Source: Camelus ferus (lineage: Eukaryota). From it: a stretch of DNA of 64,000 nt. Shown one piece after another: positions 61,851 to 64,000 of this stretch. Location: assembly GCF_009834535.1 (NCBI RefSeq), contig NC_045697.1, positions 36,086,001 to 36,150,000 of the forward strand, given 5' to 3'. A program made the position numbers and the translations under genes. The notes beneath the pieces are model-generated. The model was given only the letters and a program-made list of their open reading frames with translations, was not told the origin of the DNA and did not search any database. Numbering within the stretch: position 1 is the first letter of the stretch; every line of letters begins with the position of its first letter.

Positions 61851-64000
61851 CACAGGGATCTCTCTGAGAGGGGAGTGACATCAGACAGCCTCGTGCCCTG
61901 GTGGTGGGGCTGCACTCTGTCTCCAGAGCACCCCCCACCCCCATTTCCCCCTGCCCACTCTGCAGGTGCACCACCCTGTGAAGTCCTGTCTGCCTGTGAA
62001 ATTCCACAGAGCCACGTAGACTGACGTCGTTTCTGCCCTCACTGCTGAGAATGCGGTGAACTCACTCATTAACGCGAAGAAAGGATGAAAGTCTCTGCAC
62101 AATCTCATGAAGCATATTTATCATCATCATCATCAAAATAAAGAAAGCTTAGTAGCTGTGGTGTTCATGACACCACCACCATCTGCTGCTGGAGAAGAAG
62201 TTGCTTTGCCTCTAATAATACCTATTGTAAGAAAAGCTGAAAACTGATACGTAACTACAGGGTTCACTTGTGTTCCCTCTTCTAGATTCTGTGTCTTAAA
62301 GGCAGGAACTGAGTGACTGAGTTACTTAATCAGCATCCTGCCTGGTTTCTGTAAAACAGAAAGGGAAATAAAGTTCACAGATAATCCCCAAATCTTTCAT
62401 CTCCCTCACACCTTTTCCAGTAAACCTTTGTTGAAAACTGGCAAGTATCTCCCACTCTGAGGAACTAACACCTCTCTGAATTCTGCCTCCAAGGAGAGGG
62501 GCAAAGAGAGAGCGTGTGCCCGAGGGAGAAGGGTGGAGGGGAGGGGTCTGAGAAAGCCTAAGTCTGAAGTAGGGAGGGCGGATGTCAGCGGATCACGCGG
62601 TGTTCCCTGCCCGTTCCACTGCCGGGCTGTCTCCCACACGTGCCACCTGAAGCTGCCCCAAGTCCCCTGCCCTAGAACCCAGTAAAACAGGAGAGTCGGA
62701 GGCTGGCCGTGAGGCCCTGGGGGTGGCAGAGAGGAGGGCTGGACCTGCTGATGGCAGTAAGGACATGAAGCTGGGATCTCTCTACACCCCAGATCTAGAC
62801 AGAGCGGCACTCTGGTCGCATTTAGCCACCACCGCCCTGTGCCTAAACAGCGTGAACCAGGTGACTGAAGTCTTGGTATTGCCTTTGAGTCGCCTTCTTC
62901 CCCCATCTTTGGGTAAGAGAGAGTAGAGCCCAAACAGAAGGTCACTTTGGATCCCCGAGGCACTTGCTCAAACATTCACAATTCTGAGTCAGACAGGGAG
63001 CAGGCTAATTATTTGAATTTTTAAATTCTGAAAGAGACAGAGGGACCCACAAGGCCACGCTGACATTCCAAGCTCTCTAGCCTTTAGTACCCACTGTCTC
63101 CTGGAGCCAGAGCAGAAAGATCTTGGGGATCTGATGCACAGATGATGACAGAGCAATGATAAAGCCCTCCAGCTGGAGCTGACTCCCCGAGCATCACTGG
63201 AGCCTCCAGCCCGTTTCCTGTGCGGAGCATATTGGAAACACATTGGAGTTATTTTCCCTTTTTAAAAGGCTGTTTTATGTTTCAGCTTTCAAGATGTCCT
63301 AGTTTCTGCATCACAGCATCTTCACATACCAGCTCAATGTGTTTCATGTTCACTTGGAGAGAGCCCACCCTGCCCTCTCCTAAGGAATCAAAGGGGAGAT
63401 GCTGGCTTGGGGGCTGAGCAGCTATGGGGTGCACAGGGCTTGGAGTGAGAAGAGGGAGAACAAAATGAAATTATGGCAAATATGGTCCATCTCATCTCAG
63501 CACACCAGAACCCCGTGAATTATTTACGATTCTCCTGATCCCCACAGCAATGCAGAGTGTGGCTCCTGCCAAGAACAAATTAGGCTGTCGGCCTCCATTA
63601 CTCTTCCCAATCAAGCAAACCTCCTCGTGTGAGGAAGGAGCAGGGTCAGCATCTGGGACAAAAACTCAGCCCGAGACAAGGAGACGATAAGGCTGCATTC
63701 CAGGGCTTCTACTGGAAAAGCGACTCATGGGAAGCATTATCAGATCATTTTTCAAAACCCAGCTTGAGCGCTTGGTTGCATCTGTCTATCCAAGAAACTC
63801 AGAACAGCAGTGTCACCAGACATATTTCAGTGTCACACCTTTATCCTGCTTCAGGGGCATGTGTGACTGTAGGCCAGCTATGGGGACCAGGACCTTCTTC
63901 CCCCAGACCAAGGACGCCTTGGTCCATGCTGCAGTGCTGGACCTATCATATCTAGGAGTGTGTCCCTCTGCGCTCACTCTGGAGCCTTCCTCATGGGTCC

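Noticed and set aside
62406..62975. 189-aa ORF, the longest in the window
   Set aside because: Composition is typical of GC-rich non-coding DNA; no recognisable domain or exon structure
1..64000. All ORFs in the six-frame track as protein-coding genes
   Set aside because: They are short, often start at GTG/TTG, show no recognisable host protein and no consistent exon chain; several lie within repeats

Overview
This is eutherian mammalian genomic DNA, intronic or intergenic. I see no protein-coding exon, CpG island, rRNA, CRISPR array or bacterial-type system. The six-frame ORFs look spurious or are fragments of transposable elements. Eight copies of a young tRNA-Ala(AGC)-derived SINE and several young L1 3' ends suggest a camelid (alpaca, llama or camel); this is an inference from recalled repeat consensus, not a database search. 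The window is a mosaic of old repeats (MIR, L2, L1M, MLT1, MER21, MER3, MER5, MADE2, Tigger, MamGypLTR), younger insertions with clear target-site duplications (TSDs), microsatellites and several repeat-poor blocks that may be enhancers. The most structured element is a solo ERV LTR at about 41.2-41.8 kb. Its U3 region is a two-level array of CCAAT boxes and octamer motifs upstream of a TATA box and a poly(A) signal. I found no convincing undescribed biological system. Subfamily names are from memory, and boundaries of old repeats are approximate.
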